A DNA stretch of 63,541 nucleotides, counting the filler, from Chiloscyllium plagiosum (lineage: Eukaryota), in NCBI RefSeq assembly GCF_004010195.1. It is 5 parts of one record of this genome, joined end to end, with 100 filler letters (N's around TTAATTAATTAA, not from the genome) between each part and the next. Parts side by side here need not be neighbours in the genome. Positions count along the whole stretch, not along the records: positions 19,412 to 38,516 come from NC_057711.1; 4 more parts are not named here. The stretch is one strand, 5' to 3'. This document shows, in pieces, positions 24,606 through 38,616 of this stretch. The first letter of the stretch is position 1. Every line of letters begins with the position of its first letter. Both the position numbers and the translations under genes were made by a program. Under the pieces are notes generated by a model. It saw only the letters and a program-made list of their open reading frames with translations, had not been told where the DNA came from and ran no database searches.

Positions 24606-26351
24606 CATGTAGGATTTATTTGGGAAAGGGTACTTAACATTTGTGGGCTGGCAACACCATGCATCCTCATTAAAAGGCCATTGATAGATTGAATTTATCT
24701 TGAAAATCATGATACCTTAACTGAAATGTTCATCCCACTGTCACAAACCTGGTTTATGGCCTCTCACAAAATTAAGTTTCCAGTACAAAATTCCAGCCTA
24801 TAAATTGGCATAAATGTATACTATTCATTTGAACTGTTTAAATATGCAATCTTCCCTTATTTTAAATAAGCTTTTAGTGCTTAACTCGTAAGTTTGTGCA
24901 AAGATAATTAATTAATGCATATGTTTTTAAGTGATTGACAGTTGCTTTCAACATAATGCATATCAGTAATCAATTCAGCTGAGAATTGTTTAGTCTCATT
25001 TCATTCTTTTTAAGTCTTCAGTTAAGAGCTTTAGTACTGTTTTTCTTTTCGCCAAATTGTTGCACCTTTTTGTTTTAATTGAATCTGTAAATAATTTCAC
25101 ATGTGCATAAATTAGACTATTCCAGATGCCAGCTTATTTTCTCAACGTGTTCACATTGCAGTAAAAGCTAGAGATTGATCTGTAATGGCTCTGTTCAAAC
25201 AACAGAAGATGTAAATGTATTAAATGGAAAGGCCATGGTTTGCTTTAAGCATGACTCTGCTCCAGTTGGATGCTCCCTTTTGCTTGTACACCTTTTAGCT
25301 CTAACTGACAGTAACACTTGTTTACTGAGCTCCTGACAGTGTTTCCATGCAGCAGTCCTGCTCAGAACAGTTTCCAATTTTGCCTTTGATTAACTATCAA
25401 ATTAGCACGGTGTTAACAAGTGTATCTACCACTATTCCAACATTGTTTGTATTATCTGCAAAATATCACTTTGGGGATATGAAGAGACAAAGGAAACACA
25501 AGCATGGTTGATGAACAGCAGACCCATCATCATCTGGAGAGAGGTTTACACAATCTGATGTTAACTCCCAGAAAAGACAGTGAAGAGTCTGTCTCAAACA
25601 CTGAGGTGGATTTTCACTTTCAATACTTGAGCTATAATCTGGTGGAATAGATTTTATTACAAAAGCTGCCTGCTTTTCCTTCTCTTGATTTCCATCTGAT
25701 TGTATAAAGGGTATGCAATCCAATTCTCCAAATTATCACACCCCATTTTATCTTTTTTTCCAGATTCTAACAGGCATGCAGCATCCTTGGTATTTACTAC
25801 ATTTGCTTTATTTCTCAGAATATTAAATCATTTAGTCATCGGCATGCCGTGTCTATATTTATTTGTCATTTTCCTAATCAGAGATTTGCATAATGGGCTG
25901 GAGTAACTGGACTCGTACATAATCTGAACCACTGCATGCGAGTTCACTGGCAGGCTGCCCTGTGAACATCATACCTCCTGGTTTATGCTAATCTGTCTTT
26001 TTCTGTAAACTGGGCACTTACACTCAGCGTATGAATCCTCAGCAACAGAACTTATACACACAAACAAATGAATAAGGAGTGAACTGGAGTAGGCAATTTA
26101 GCTCCTCAAACCTGCCCCACCATTTAATAAGATCTGATTGTAACCTCAAATCCACATTCCTGCCTCTCTCTGATTAACGTCTCCCTGGCCCCTCAACCTC
26201 AATTAACCTCTGCCTGATAGTTTAAAGACTCTGTTTCCACTGCCTTTTTCAGGAAGAATATTCCAAAGACTCAAGACCATCTGAGAAAGAAATATGGTTT
26301 CATTTCTGTTTCAAACGGTACCCCTGTTTTTTAATTGGTGAACCCTAGTTC

Positions 26352-26691
26352 ATAGAATCGTTGAATCCCTACAACGTGGAAGCAGGCTATTCAGCCCATT
26401 TGAGTTTATAGCAACTCACCCAGACCCACCCTGCTATCCTCTCTGTAACCCTGCAGTTCCCATGGCTAATCCACCTAGCCTGCAGATCCCTAGACACTTT
26501 GGACAATTTGAATCAGTCAATCCACCTAACCTACATATTTTAGGACTGTGGGAAGAAACCAGAGTAGCCGGTGGAACCCCATGCAGACACGGGGGAAATG
26601 TGCAAACTCCACATTGTCGCCCGGGTCTGGAATCAAACCTGAGTTCCTGACACTGTGGGGCAGCAGTGCTGACCACTGAACCACTGTGCTG
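26352..26691 (-). mobile_element. HE1-type SINE nested in a CR1 3' fragment (about 26060-26775)
   Basis: Reverse complement of the 12075 SINE head and V domain; CTAGTTC duplicated at 26345-26351 and 26692-26698. Confidence 0.85.
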
Positions 26692-27939
26692 CTAGTTCTA
26701 GATTTTCCCACAAGATAAAACATCCTCTCCACATTTACCATGACAACATCCTTCAAAATCATCTACACTTCAATCGCTTGGATGTGATCTGATGCCTGTA
26801 GTCTGTATTTGGGCCAGAGCTCAAGTGGGTGAGAAAATATTTTTCTTCAGGAAGACTGATTTTTATCTTCAACAGGGGCATCCAACAGCTCCCAAATAAA
26901 ACAGTAGAAAATGGATAAACCTTTAAAGTGAAGAACAAGAAAATGAAAAAGTACCAGATGAAAGCATCTGCACTCAGTCATGCAGTCAGATAAATATAAT
27001 GGAGCAAAGAGGACAATGAATCCTGTGTGACATCTCCTGTGCATTTCTAGTTGCCTGTAATGTGTCCTTGATTGCCAATGTGTTTTTGTCCACATCCCCT
27101 TTTCCCACCTGATGAGGCCCTCCCCTAGTTTATGAATAAGATTGAGATAACTTGCACCATGAACCACAAATTTCCTCTACCGGATTCACCAAAGCTACTC
27201 CATAAGAGTTAGTTTGAAGCACAGTCACTTCTGTTTTACACGTAAACTGAGCAGCCAGACTACTCCATCCACAATGGATAATAATGCCATGTGGTTTGCC
27301 AACATACAAATTAAATCTGGTCAATGCTGATGGATATTGTCACTAAAGAACAACATGTTAGGAAAAGAAAACTTGCAATAATACAGCAACTTATGCTTCT
27401 TTGTTACAGTGCAGTAACTGACAAATGGTAAATGGTTTAGGTGAGGATTGAGATGGAATCTTGGAACACACCAGAGGTGACCATATGAGGACACAAGGGC
27501 AGTTTTCATAGCAAGTGTGCTGACCATTTACACTGGGACAGGTTGAAGTCATGTGGAAGCAAAATCATGGAAATCATTTACAACTGAGGTCTTGAGGGAG
27601 ATGATCTGGTACTGTGCCAAAATTAGAGAGCTCGAGGATGTATAATATACAAAAGTCACAGCACAGAGAATATGTGGTGACCTTTGCTATTCAGCAAGGT
27701 TAAAGAGTTTAGAACGGGGAAAGTTTAAATAGTGATTTTTAATGCAGTCCAGAATGCAATACAACACATACTTTTTTTTTAAATTGTAAAATATCTGTGC
27801 TACTCCTGGCATAATTATTTGAATTGCACTTCACAAAGGTGGCATAATATATTTAACTGCACATGTTGTGAATTTCATTTTGGTTACATTCTGGATATTT
27901 AGCTATCTTATGTTGTCTTAAAGTTGTCTCTCAAGTTGT

Positions 27940-28460
27940 GGTGTAGATTTTCACCATGGTGGGAAACATGCCAATTATCAGCCCAGGTCTGAATGTTGTC
28001 CAGATTTTGCTACATTCAGGCACACTCAGCTTCTGTATTTGAGAAGTCAGAAATGCTGCTGAACATTCTGAAATCATCAGTGAACATCTCCACTTCTACC
28101 TCGTGACTGAGAAAGAGTATTGGTGACATAGCAGAAGATGACTGGGCCTAGGACATCACCTTGTAGGAGTTCTTGCAGTGATGTCATGGCTCTGATATGA
28201 TTGACCTCCAGTAACCACAATCATTTTCATTTCATGCTAAATAAGACTCCAACTAGCAGAGAGTTCACACCCCAATTCCCATTGACTCCAGTTTTGCTCG
28301 GGCTCTTTCATGCCATACTCAGGATGTAATGAAGTCAGGAACTGAGTGATCCTGGGGAAACCCAAACCAGCATCAGTGAGAAGATTATTATTGAACAAGT
28401 GCCATTTAATAACACTGTCAATGACTCCTCTTACTTTGTACATGGCTGAGATGATGGTTG
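27940..28460 (-). mobile_element. Degraded L2/CR1-clade LINE RT fragment
   Basis: Same family as 20650-22010 (GVIDSVIKWHLFNNNLLTDA). Confidence 0.6.
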
Positions 28461-28639
28461 GGACTGCCTAGGCTGTCCAATCTGTAAAGGAACTGTCCAA
28501 ACTGGTCTAAAAAGTAGTGGGTATTTCAGTATTCCTATTGACATATTATACTTAAGGGTATCTCCAATTGGTTATGGAATAGAAATGTTTGTTTGCTTAA
28601 GGGATTATTTGAAGGATTTTCACTTTAGGAGATATTCTT

Positions 28640-29195
28640 GTTAGGCCACTGTTGGAATATTGCATGCAATTCTGGTCTCCTTCCTATCGGAAAGATGTTG
28701 TGTAAGCTGAAAGGGTTCAGACAAGATTTACAAGGATGTTGCCAGGGTTGGAGGATTTGAGCTACAGGGAGAGGCTGAACAGGCTGGGGTTGTTTTCCCT
28801 GGAGTGTCGGAGGCTGAGGGGTGACCTTATAGAGGTTTACAAAATTATGAGGGGCATTGATAGGGTAAATAGGCAAAGTCTTTTCCCTAGGGTTGGGGAG
28901 TCCAGAACTAGAGGGCATAGGTTTAGATTGAGAGGGGAAAGATATAAGAGACCTAAGGGGCAACTTTTTCATGCAGAGGGTGGTACGTGTATGGAATGAG
29001 CTGCCAGAGGAAGTGGTGGAGGCTGGTAAAACTGCAACATTTAAAAGGCATTTGGATGGGTATATGAACAGGAAGGGTTTGGAGGGATATGGGCCAGGTG
29101 CTGGCAGGTGGGACTAGATTGGGTTGGGATATCTGGTCGGCATGGATAGGTCAGACCGAAGGGTCTGTTTCCATGCTGTATGTCTCAATGACTTT
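28640..29195 (+). mobile_element. CR1 3' fragment
   Basis: ORF MLPGLEDLSYRERLNRLGLFSLECRRLRGDLIEVYK plus 3' UTR. Confidence 0.93.
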
Positions 29196-32100
29196 ATAAT
29201 CAGTGCTTATTTTTTATTAGTGGCATCGTCAATTGGCTACTTTAATTTCTGTTAACATGCCTCCTGATCATAACACGTTCTGAGGATCTTGGCATGGGGA
29301 GCAAAGCACAAAGTATGGGATTATGAGTTGACACTGAGTTGGCAAAGGATCTACAAAAGGCTATGGGGATATTTTGGGCATGGGGGGAACCATGGGAAAT
29401 GGATAGAGTATAGGGTGATGTGGAATTAGGAAAGGCCATGGAATTATGTAGATGAACATTGGGTGGCATGGGGGACATAAGGGGCCTTCAGAGATTGGTA
29501 GATGGGCATATGATGGCAAAGGGATGTGGGCAGCCATGGTAGGTAGGTACATGAACAGAAGTTGACCTGGAGTGTTTTAGATTTGTAGAGGTAGGTACAG
29601 GGAGGTGAAATGGATGGGACATTGCGAGTGAGGGGCTGGGAGCAAAAAGAATGTTTTGTGTTTTGAACTTGTAACACCGTGCTGGAGCTCCCAGACAGGC
29701 TTTGTTTAGCCTGCCTCAGGAACTGGCAGCTTCCTCTGCTGTTCCTGGGTTGCTTGCTCTGAATGCCAATTCAGATTCTCAGACTGAAAATGGGAAGTGC
29801 AGCAGCTGATTTTAAATGTCAGGTATTGCACAACCCAGTATTTTCCCTCCCTCCCTCTCCTCTGAGCACCCAACCTTGGAACTAAAACTGGGACCTGCTT
29901 TGTGACCTGGTTAGCAGTTACACACACAAAATATACTGCAGTTAAATGCTTTTATGTTGACCTAAATTTAACAAACACCAAATGAATTGCTTTGTAAAGA
30001 AACTATAGGAGCAATTGAAATGCAGTAATCATCCCAAATAAATTATACCTATGAATTTTGTATCCATTGCCTGTCTTTTTGCTGGAGTCTGTCATTCTTT
30101 CCAAACTATCCCAAGACCTACAGTGAGAATGAAAGAAACTTTTCAATGTGAACAGTTTTACATATTGTGTTTCCAAATAATTCAAAAGCTGTCTATAATT
30201 TCATGGATTTTTTTCTTTCAAATAGCAAAAAAGAAGAAAGGTTCTTTATCTGAGGCAGAATTTTTAAGGAAAGCTATAGGAGATACTGCCATCTTCTGGC
30301 AATTATGGACCGGTGCAGAACTCCAAAAGGGCTTCAAATTGTCCATATTCAAGAAAGACATTTTCCAGACCAATCAAACTATTCTTCACCTCTCAGCCCT
30401 CCTGTATTCAAACAGTCCCTCTTCTCTCTTTTAATTTCTGGTAAACTTATAAATTCCAAATTAACCAACCAAGTTAGGACTTCTTTAAGCGCTGGAAACA
30501 CCAAATGGATTAAAGATGTAAATGACGAGAGGAACAATCAATTATTTGCAGTCCTTGACAAGTCACATTATTGAGACAGGGAGACAGTTTTTCCTACATG
30601 TGAATGCAAGGATTATTGCAAAATATATTTGCATCTGCAATAGTTTTGAAAAACAGTTTTGGTAAAGTGTTCCTTTTTGGGTAAGCTGAATGAGCAAACA
30701 CATTTCTGCCTTGATGCAATATCCAAATGTTTCAATTTGATTTAGGTCATTCCTCCTCAACAATTCATTCATAGCATTCCGCAGTGGCATGTTAAAAGGA
30801 ACACAATCTTTTAACTATCGGCAGCACCTAATTAAATAGGATGAGTAGAAATGATTCTTGTGACAATGTGAAAATGCACTGCTGACATTTCAGTTACTTT
30901 ATCTAAGTTATTGTAATATTAACTATTTAAAATATTTAGAATACTCAAATTAGATTTGTGAACATAGAAGGCAAGATACATGATCTTGCATCGATACTGT
31001 GTGTACTGATAATGAGAGGTTTTGTGCTGTGTGTGGGAAATTAAATATGCAATGTATATAAATGTATATGCAATAGGTACAAAAATTGCCCTTGTGCGAC
31101 TTCTAGAATGCATGTCAATCTAAGATCCAACAGCAAAATTTAATAATGTTGCTTGCACTTCCATGTTCAGATTTGAATCCAGACTGAATAGGAAGATATA
31201 AATCTTACATTCTATCTGTTCCTTCTGCCTTTGTTAAGCATCAGTGCAATGTCATTTGTAATGATGGAGAAAGTGTATAATTGTGTGTTAAAGATAAACA
31301 ATCTTTGTTATTAATTGTTCATTGCCTCTCTTTTCTATGCTTGCCAAATGCTCGAAGTACTGTTACCCTGTCACAATAAGTCAAAGCAATACAAATGGCA
31401 ATGGCCTATTCTTGCTTTTTCCCCAGTAGTTAGGATAATGTTCCCCAACCTGACTTCAATATCCTCAGTACACTGTATAATGTCTTGAGAGACAGCTCTG
31501 AGTAGAAATAAGACAGATTTTGTTTGAAGGTACTCTCTTCATCCAGTCAGCCAAGTTTGGAATAGTTTAAACATTTGTTATCACCAAAATAGTTTTATAT
31601 TTTATAGCTTGATACCTCTGAATAATTTCCACCACCTTGCATTCTATTCTCCTGTGTAAGAATTTATTTCCTGTTTCAAGAGAGCGCAATAGTTGACACA
31701 TCATAAAGTGGACTCTGCCACATCCAGTTCACATTGTTCACTTCATTTTATTGAAGGGACTCCGTTTGTGCATGGGCTGGGCTTAATTTGAAAGAAATAA
31801 ATGAACAAGGAGTGAAGGTTGGTTAGACCTTGACGAGTAGCTTTCTTCATTTATTTACAGAAGGAGAATTCATGGAGAATTTAGTTTTAATTAATCTGTC
31901 GATCCTGCAGCCTTTTTTTAGATGACCTTTATGTTGAAATGGCATCTTTGCTTTTGATACTGTATGTTTCATTTCTGAAGAGGAACAAGTCTTTCAGATG
32001 AAAGTAAATCCCCAGCTTTTCAAATAAATAATTCTACAATTTCAGGATCCTATTGCACCACTGCAGCTGAACAAACAAACTCCCATTGTGAAGTTTGATG

Positions 32101-33579
32101 CTGTCAGGTTTGTATTCAGTGTATGTGAGAAGATATTTTTAAAGAGCTTCACTGACTTTTCAAATGTTATGATCAGCTTTGCATTTCATAACTGAAGTAG
32201 AATTAAAAATAGCTGATCACTGAGAGCTGTAAAATGAACTGCTCTGTTATCTCGTCCAATTCCAGTGAATTTATCAGTGTATTTTATAATATGCTTTAAT
32301 CCTGACAAGCAGAAGGGGTCCTTTCACAACGTACGCTGTTTTTCTGCAATTTATTTGATCATTTCCCTTTCCTCCAAAAGTTATAACAGCTTGAGCTACA
32401 ATGATAAAATTTCTTGATTTTGTATCTGGGAATATGGGATACCTTGACGCAGAGCATAGAAGAAAATCAGGTTATGAAAATGAGCCTGCCTGGTTTTTTT
32501 TTGCTTATTAATTTAAGTTGAATGAAAAGTGGCTAGGGGCTAGTGCTCCTCCCTACTCAGTTTTCCTCAATGCACTGCATTCAGATAATCCAACATGTGT
32601 ATTTGTTAGGAACTGGAAAATCTGTCCCAATTCATGCATCATCAGTAGAAATGCATTATTTCCAAGTCCCACAAATTCTGCAGTGCCTTACCCAAATGGA
32701 TCCTAAGGAAGCTGCTGATCCAATTCAACGATATTTTCCATCAGCCCAATGTTGGGTGATAAGTGACTTTGTAGCAATATTAATAAACTTTTGGTACAAA
32801 AAGCTCATATCCCTTTACCTAGAGAATGTAGATAATTATAAGCAGTGAAACAAATTTGGCAATACATTTTTGAACAATTACTACTAATCAATTTTTCTTT
32901 TGTAAACTATCATTAATTTATTTCCATTGCTGCATTTGGCAGTAAATTAAGATAATTAACTGGAATATGCTTCAATAATTTTGCAGAGCTTAAGTCAGAT
33001 GCTAGATTTTCCTGACACACATCACACAACATTCTATATTCTTGTAAAGTGACTAAGTAAGAATAAGTAATAATATTTTGAGACCCGGTTTGATGCCAGG
33101 TGGCATGTTTAAGTATAAGCAGCCATTATTTGGACTATTGTCACTGCTTCTAAATAGCAGAATTCAAAAAATAGTAAAATGTTGTTAAGCATATCAGTCT
33201 AATTTTCCAGATATGTATAAATCCAGGAATATAATTCAACAGTATGAAAGAAAACTACCAAAATGAGTCAAATTCAACTGTTAAGGTCATAAAGCAACTA
33301 CCTTTAAAGTATTAATGAGCCAGGTTTTAAAAGGAGTGGCAATCTAATACTTTTTTTAAAATAACAAAACAGGAGAGCTCCGTATTTCTAAGAGAAGATT
33401 CTGATCAAGAATAGAGAGTTGTACTTGCATTCTGACAATTCTGCAGCAGCCTACATCTGTCGGGGAAGGTAAATCTTGGTGTCCTTTTCACAGCAGTCAG
33501 TCAGCTGCTCTATTCTGCAATTTAAGGTTCCTGACTGTTTAAGGTTTTGACAGTTGCTGCCAAACCATATTTACATCAA

Positions 33580-34515
33580 GTCAGTGTGATGTCAGGGTGC
33601 TGGAAGAGTAGGGTGCCACATGGGTGGGGGGGATTGAGGGATGTTGGTTATCCGGTGCCAGGTAGTTTGGGTGCCAGCTGAGGGGTAGGGTACAAGAGGT
33701 AGATTGCCAATTAGAAGGGCGCAGCATGCCAGGTGAATAGTGTCAGGTGGATATGATGCTAGCTACGTAGAGTGCTAGGGATAGGATGTTAGATTGGGGG
33801 GAGTGGGTGCTACCAAGTGTGGAGGATGCCAAGTGAGAAGGGGGCGGGATGTCAAGTGTTAAGATGCTAAAGTAAGTGATGCAGTATTGAGGGTTGGTTG
33901 ATGAAATCTGGTCCAGTGCGTTGGTGGGCATAGTGAAGGTCAGGTCTGGAGGTTTGGGTCCCCAGCAACAGGGATGAGTGAGGGGAGTGTTGAGTCATTG
34001 GGTTGAATTCTGTGAGCTGGTTTGGGGGGGGAGGGGGGTGCGTGCAGTCAGTTTGAGTGAGGGTCTGTTGGGGGATGAGGGGTATTTGTTCAGGTCCAGT
34101 GGAGGATGGAGGTATTGAACCAGTTTTACGGCAGATAGTTGGGCTGGGTTCACTGGTGAGGGGAGGGGATATCAACATCAGGTGCAGAGGGGAATGAGGG
34201 TCAAATGCCAGGAAAGGGGGGTGTCTGAGCCTGTATGGTCTCAGGGCAATAAGTTGGCGACGTCTGAGGTATGTACAAGATGTGGTAATTTGCTCAGGAG
34301 TTAGATTATGTATCTAATAGTCTAATTTTTCCAGAGTAACTTTTCTACTTAATTTCGGGAATTTTCATTCAAATGGAAACTTTTAGAGCCATTCCCGTGT
34401 AAAGAAATTTAGCTTTCTGGGCAATTACTTTTGGGTCTGCCAAGATTAGGACTCTGCTGGGTCCCTCTACACCACTCCCACCTACACTAGAATAATAATC
34501 TCAAAATCCAGGCCA
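33580..34515. repeat. G-rich low-complexity tract within an unclassified old repeat (similar tract at about 29290-29640)
   Basis: Strong G skew on the + strand with recurring GGGTGCCA-like words; family not identified. Confidence 0.4.
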
Positions 34516-35659
34516 CTGTTGTCTGGTTTCCCTTTAAGCCTGAATTGCTGCACCATTTAGTTTTTCCTTTCTACTAGGGACTTTTAGTTTTGACTCTCGT
34601 AATCTTCCATCACTCAGCAGTCGAACTCAAATTCAGGGCCTCTCTAGCAGAACACCACCTCATGATCCAGTATGTTCCTTTTTAGGCTTGGGGGCTGCAA
34701 ATTTCTTCTGTTCCAGTGTGTCCCTTACAGGTTTCAAAGGCTTTCTGTCATTCTTTGAAGTATTCTTCAGTATTGAGTGTTGCCAGAGGTCCCCTTGAGT
34801 AGAGTTCATTAGATTCTCCAATCTTTACTGATGATGTTCAAAGCACTGCTCACTAGGGATGGGCAATAAATGCTGGCTCAGTCAGAAAAGCCCACATCCC
34901 TGAATGAATATTTTAATAAAGCTGGATGAGTAGGCAGGTACACCTTCTGTTCTCTTACACCTCTGCTTATCACCACGTTGTATATCGAAGGTAAAACAAA
35001 TCTTTGGATAGCCACCCCTTCTGTTCACCATTTTGTTGTGCTGCCATCATTTCTCTAGGGTCTGTAAGATTGTGGTGTGGATTAGAATAGCTGCCTTTTA
35101 ACTAGAGTCTCTCGTAATAAACAAGGCACAGATTAGTGCACCATTACAAATATTTAGTACACCACTTTCAAACCCTTATGGCTTAGACTTCAAAATCAAC
35201 ACCTGGTTTAACTTATGTGGGAAGTGATGGGATGTGAGCAAGTTAACTGGTGACCAGTTACACAGAATGTTAACACTGGAATGTGTTAGCACCCAGGCTC
35301 CTTGAGTATGCCCTCTGACTCCTGTAAGAAAGGCATTAATGTCAGAGGATGACAGTGAAAATTGCTAGCTGGGGATATGGGACAGGTGATGCAGGGAAGC
35401 CTCAAGGTAAATATAGGTTAATGGGTAGTGTTAGAGTCTGTGACTGGGGAAAGGTGGATAGCCTAGGCAAGGAAGATACAAAATATCCTTTTAGCATCAG
35501 CATAGGAGCTCTCTCTCCAGAAAGAATTAATGATAGTTTTTATGCAAATTGCTGCCACTTTTCTTGGCTTGCTGTGGTTGGATCTACAATTTAAATAATA
35601 TGCAAACACAGTTGCAGCATTTAAGGTACAACATTCTCAACTAAATTAGGCAGATCTGA

Positions 35660-36180
35660 AGTCAGATAAGTTCATGAGGGGCATGGATAGGGTAAATAGC
35701 CAAGGCCTTTTTCTGAGAGTAGGAGAATTCAAAACTAGAGGCCATAGGTTTAAGGTGAGAGGGGCAAGATTTAAAAGGGACCTAACGGGCAATCTTTTCT
35801 CACAAGGTGGTGCATAACACCCTGGGTAGCTCCAAGAATCAAAAGTACCTTGTCACAAACCCTTTTCAAGGTGCACTTGAGATGCTGAAACATACAAGGC
35901 TATGGGCCAAGTGCTGGAAAATGGGTTTAGAATAGTTAGGTAGTTGTTTTTGATGAGCACCGAGTTGATGGGCTGAAGGGCCTTTTTCTGTGCTGTAGCT
36001 CACCATGACTCTTTTGGGGATGCTGGAAATCTGAAGCAAAAACAGCACGTGCTGGAGAAACTCAGCAGATATGGCAGCATCTCTATAGGCTAAGGTCCCT
36101 GGACTTAAAATATTAACTATTTTTCTCTCTGCATGTGCTGCCAGACCTGCTGAGTTCCTCCAAGCATTTCCTGTTTTTAG
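35660..36180 (+). mobile_element. CR1 3' fragment followed by a fold-back MER6/PLE-end-like mini element (36018-36180)
   Basis: AAAACTAGAGGCCATAGGTTTAAGGTGAG CR1 motif; then inverted arms CTGGAGAAACTCAGCAG / CTGCTGAGTTCCTCCA. Confidence 0.7.
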
Positions 36181-37496
36181 CTCAAGCACTACTGCTCAGT
36201 CAAAGCCAAGAAAGGCAGCCTTGAAAGATTGGTCCTGTATAGAGGCTTAGTGATCCTCTTTCAATCTAACCTGGCCTACCTAAATATTGTACTCCATCCC
36301 CTTCTTTTAGCAAATCAGTGAAGACTCCAAACATTGGGCCAATGTTATTTTTGATACAGTCTTCCCTTTCCACACTTTGCCAATTCCAATGATGATCAAT
36401 GTCAGAGAATGATCAGGAAATAGTTTGGAATGAAAATGTCTTAAGCATACGTGGCAAAAATAAGTTATGTTGTCAACAACACATGCATTGGTATTTTTAT
36501 CATATATCACTTATAGTAATCATAGTCCACAGATTTACAACATCCTGGTCAGTAGTGGAAATATGTCTTGATGTGGGAAGGAAGAAAATGTAATTAATCA
36601 TTCATTTCAACTGTGTTTTTGTGTTGATTTATTTAATGGTATATCTCTCCTCTTGGAAAATAGTTTAGTTTTCGTTCAACTTTTTCACTTTCATTCTTTG
36701 TTTTTAATATTTCTCAGGCCATTCATTCAAAGAAAGGAAATGGGTATCCCTTCTGAGACATCTGCCTTGAGCTGGATGAATTTGACAGCAGGATAGATTG
36801 AGAATCTCTCAAGATTCGCCTTTGCTTCCCCCAGTACCGCCCCCTTCTGCTATTTACACATGGACTGGCTTACATTAGAGAGTCTGTGAACTGGAGTCAC
36901 AGTGAGGAACCTGCACACCATCACTAAATTCCACAGCACGTCATTACATTACATATATTAATGTGCTACCCCCTACAGCAGGGATTAATGCATCATCCAC
37001 TCTCATCAAATAAAACAAACCAGCATGCTCATCCCTAGTACCAGTGAATAATTGCAGAATATGTTTTTATGACTGGTCATAGGACAATGTTTTCGTAAAC
37101 TCCAATCTAATGTCAAAATCTGGGTTTAATTTGAAATGTGGTCAGTCTGGAGAAAGCTGGAGACATGTACAATAAAGCCTATGAAATTTAGTTGCTTCAA
37201 GTTATCATAAAAACAAGAATATTATATTCATCAGTATAGGTATTTCAGAGAATCAGATTGTTCAAAACCTTTTGAAATGAAAAAGAAAAGTCAAGCACAG
37301 TGATAGCTCAATACCAATACCATGTGTATAATTTTCATTCCTTTACTTGCTTATTTGAGAAGAAATACAGTAGAAAAAAAACTTGTTTCTTTTTTTTATT
37401 TCATGTTATGTTAAAGTTTGTTTTGTATCCAACAAATTACAAGCTTTTTTATTATTCAGTCAAAAGCTAGCAATTATTTCCCATCCCTAATTATCC

Positions 37497-38516
37497 AGAG
37501 GAGCGGAGCAGGTAAGGGCTGTTTGGCAGTGGCTGCTTGAAGGTTCGGTGACGTTTTTTTTCAAAAAAGCGCGGAGCGGACCTGGAAGCTGGTGTAGCGC
37601 AAGCTTACCTGGGTAGGTTTTTTTTCCCTATAAAAGCGCGCAGGAGAGGAACCCGAGGCACTACAGAGGTAGTGCCTCCCACCCGCCCTCCTCCTCTAAC
37701 CTAATAATAAGACCCGTTGTGGTAAGTATGTAAGTGCTGCATTTTGCTTGTTCTATTCTTTAGACCTAGTTTTTTTTTTAAAGATTACTTTTAGAGGGAT
37801 GGCAGTGAAGGCAGTGCAATGTTCCTCTTGCAACATGTTTGAGCTGAGGGATGCCATGGACGTCCTTGCTGATTACACTTGCAGGAAGTGCACCCATCTC
37901 CAGCTCCTCCAAGACCGTGTTAGGGAACTGGAGCTGGAGTTGGATGAACTTAGGATCATTCGGGAGGCAGAGGGGGTCATAGATCAGAGCTTTAGGGAAG
38001 TAGTAACTCCAAAGATTGCAGACAGATGGGTGACAGTGAGGGGGACTGGGAGGAAGCAGCCAGTGCAGGGACCCCCTGCCGCCGTTCCCCTCAAGAACAA
38101 GTATACCGTTTTGGATACTTGTGTGGGGGGGGTGGGACTTACCAGGGGTAAGCAATGGGGTTCAGGCCTCTGGCACGGAGCTAGTCCCCATTACTCAGAA
38201 GGGAAGGGTGGAGAAGAGCAGAGCAATAGTTATCGGGGACTCGATAGTTCGGGGCACAGATAGGCAGTTCTGTGGGGGTGAGAGAGACTCACCTTTGGTA
38301 TGTTGCCTCCCAGGTGCAAGGGTACGTGACGTCTCTGATCGTGTTTTCCGGGTCCTTAAGGGGGAGGGGGAGCAGCCCAAAGTCGGGGTCCACATTGGCA
38401 CCAACGACATAGGTAGGAGGAGGGCTGAGGATGTTAGGCAGGCTTTCAGGGAGATAGGTTGGAAGCCAGAGTTAGAAACAAACAGAGTTGTTGTCTCTGG
38501 TTTGTTACCCGTGCCA
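37497..38516 (+). mobile_element. CR1 LINE 5' end: 5' UTR and ORF1 (zinc finger, coiled coil, SGNH esterase), with one frameshift; cut by a gap
   Basis: ATG at 37799; CxxC...CxxC; LELELDELR; after a frameshift in the G run near 38125-38135, IVIGDSIVR...CCLPGARV...VHIGTND, the esterase motifs typical of CR1 ORF1. Confidence 0.92.
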
Positions 38517-38616
38517 NNNNNNNNNNNNNNNNNNNNNNNNNNNNNNNNNNNNNNNNNNNNTTAATTAATTAANNNNNNNNNNNNNNNNNNNNNNNNNNNN
38601 NNNNNNNNNNNNNNNN
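38517..38616. other. Assembly gap with linker
   Basis: N44-TTAATTAATTAA-N44. Confidence 0.97.

Noticed and set aside
33580..34270. G-rich tract as telomeric or functional G-quadruplex array; proline-rich ORFs on the minus strand
   Set aside because: No TTAGGG periodicity; low-complexity interior of an old repeat, and the ORFs are compositional artefacts.
36718..37020. Strong acceptor (TTCTCAG) followed by an AATAAA about 290 bp later, a possible terminal exon
   Set aside because: All three frames close quickly with no recognisable peptide; not supportable without RNA data.
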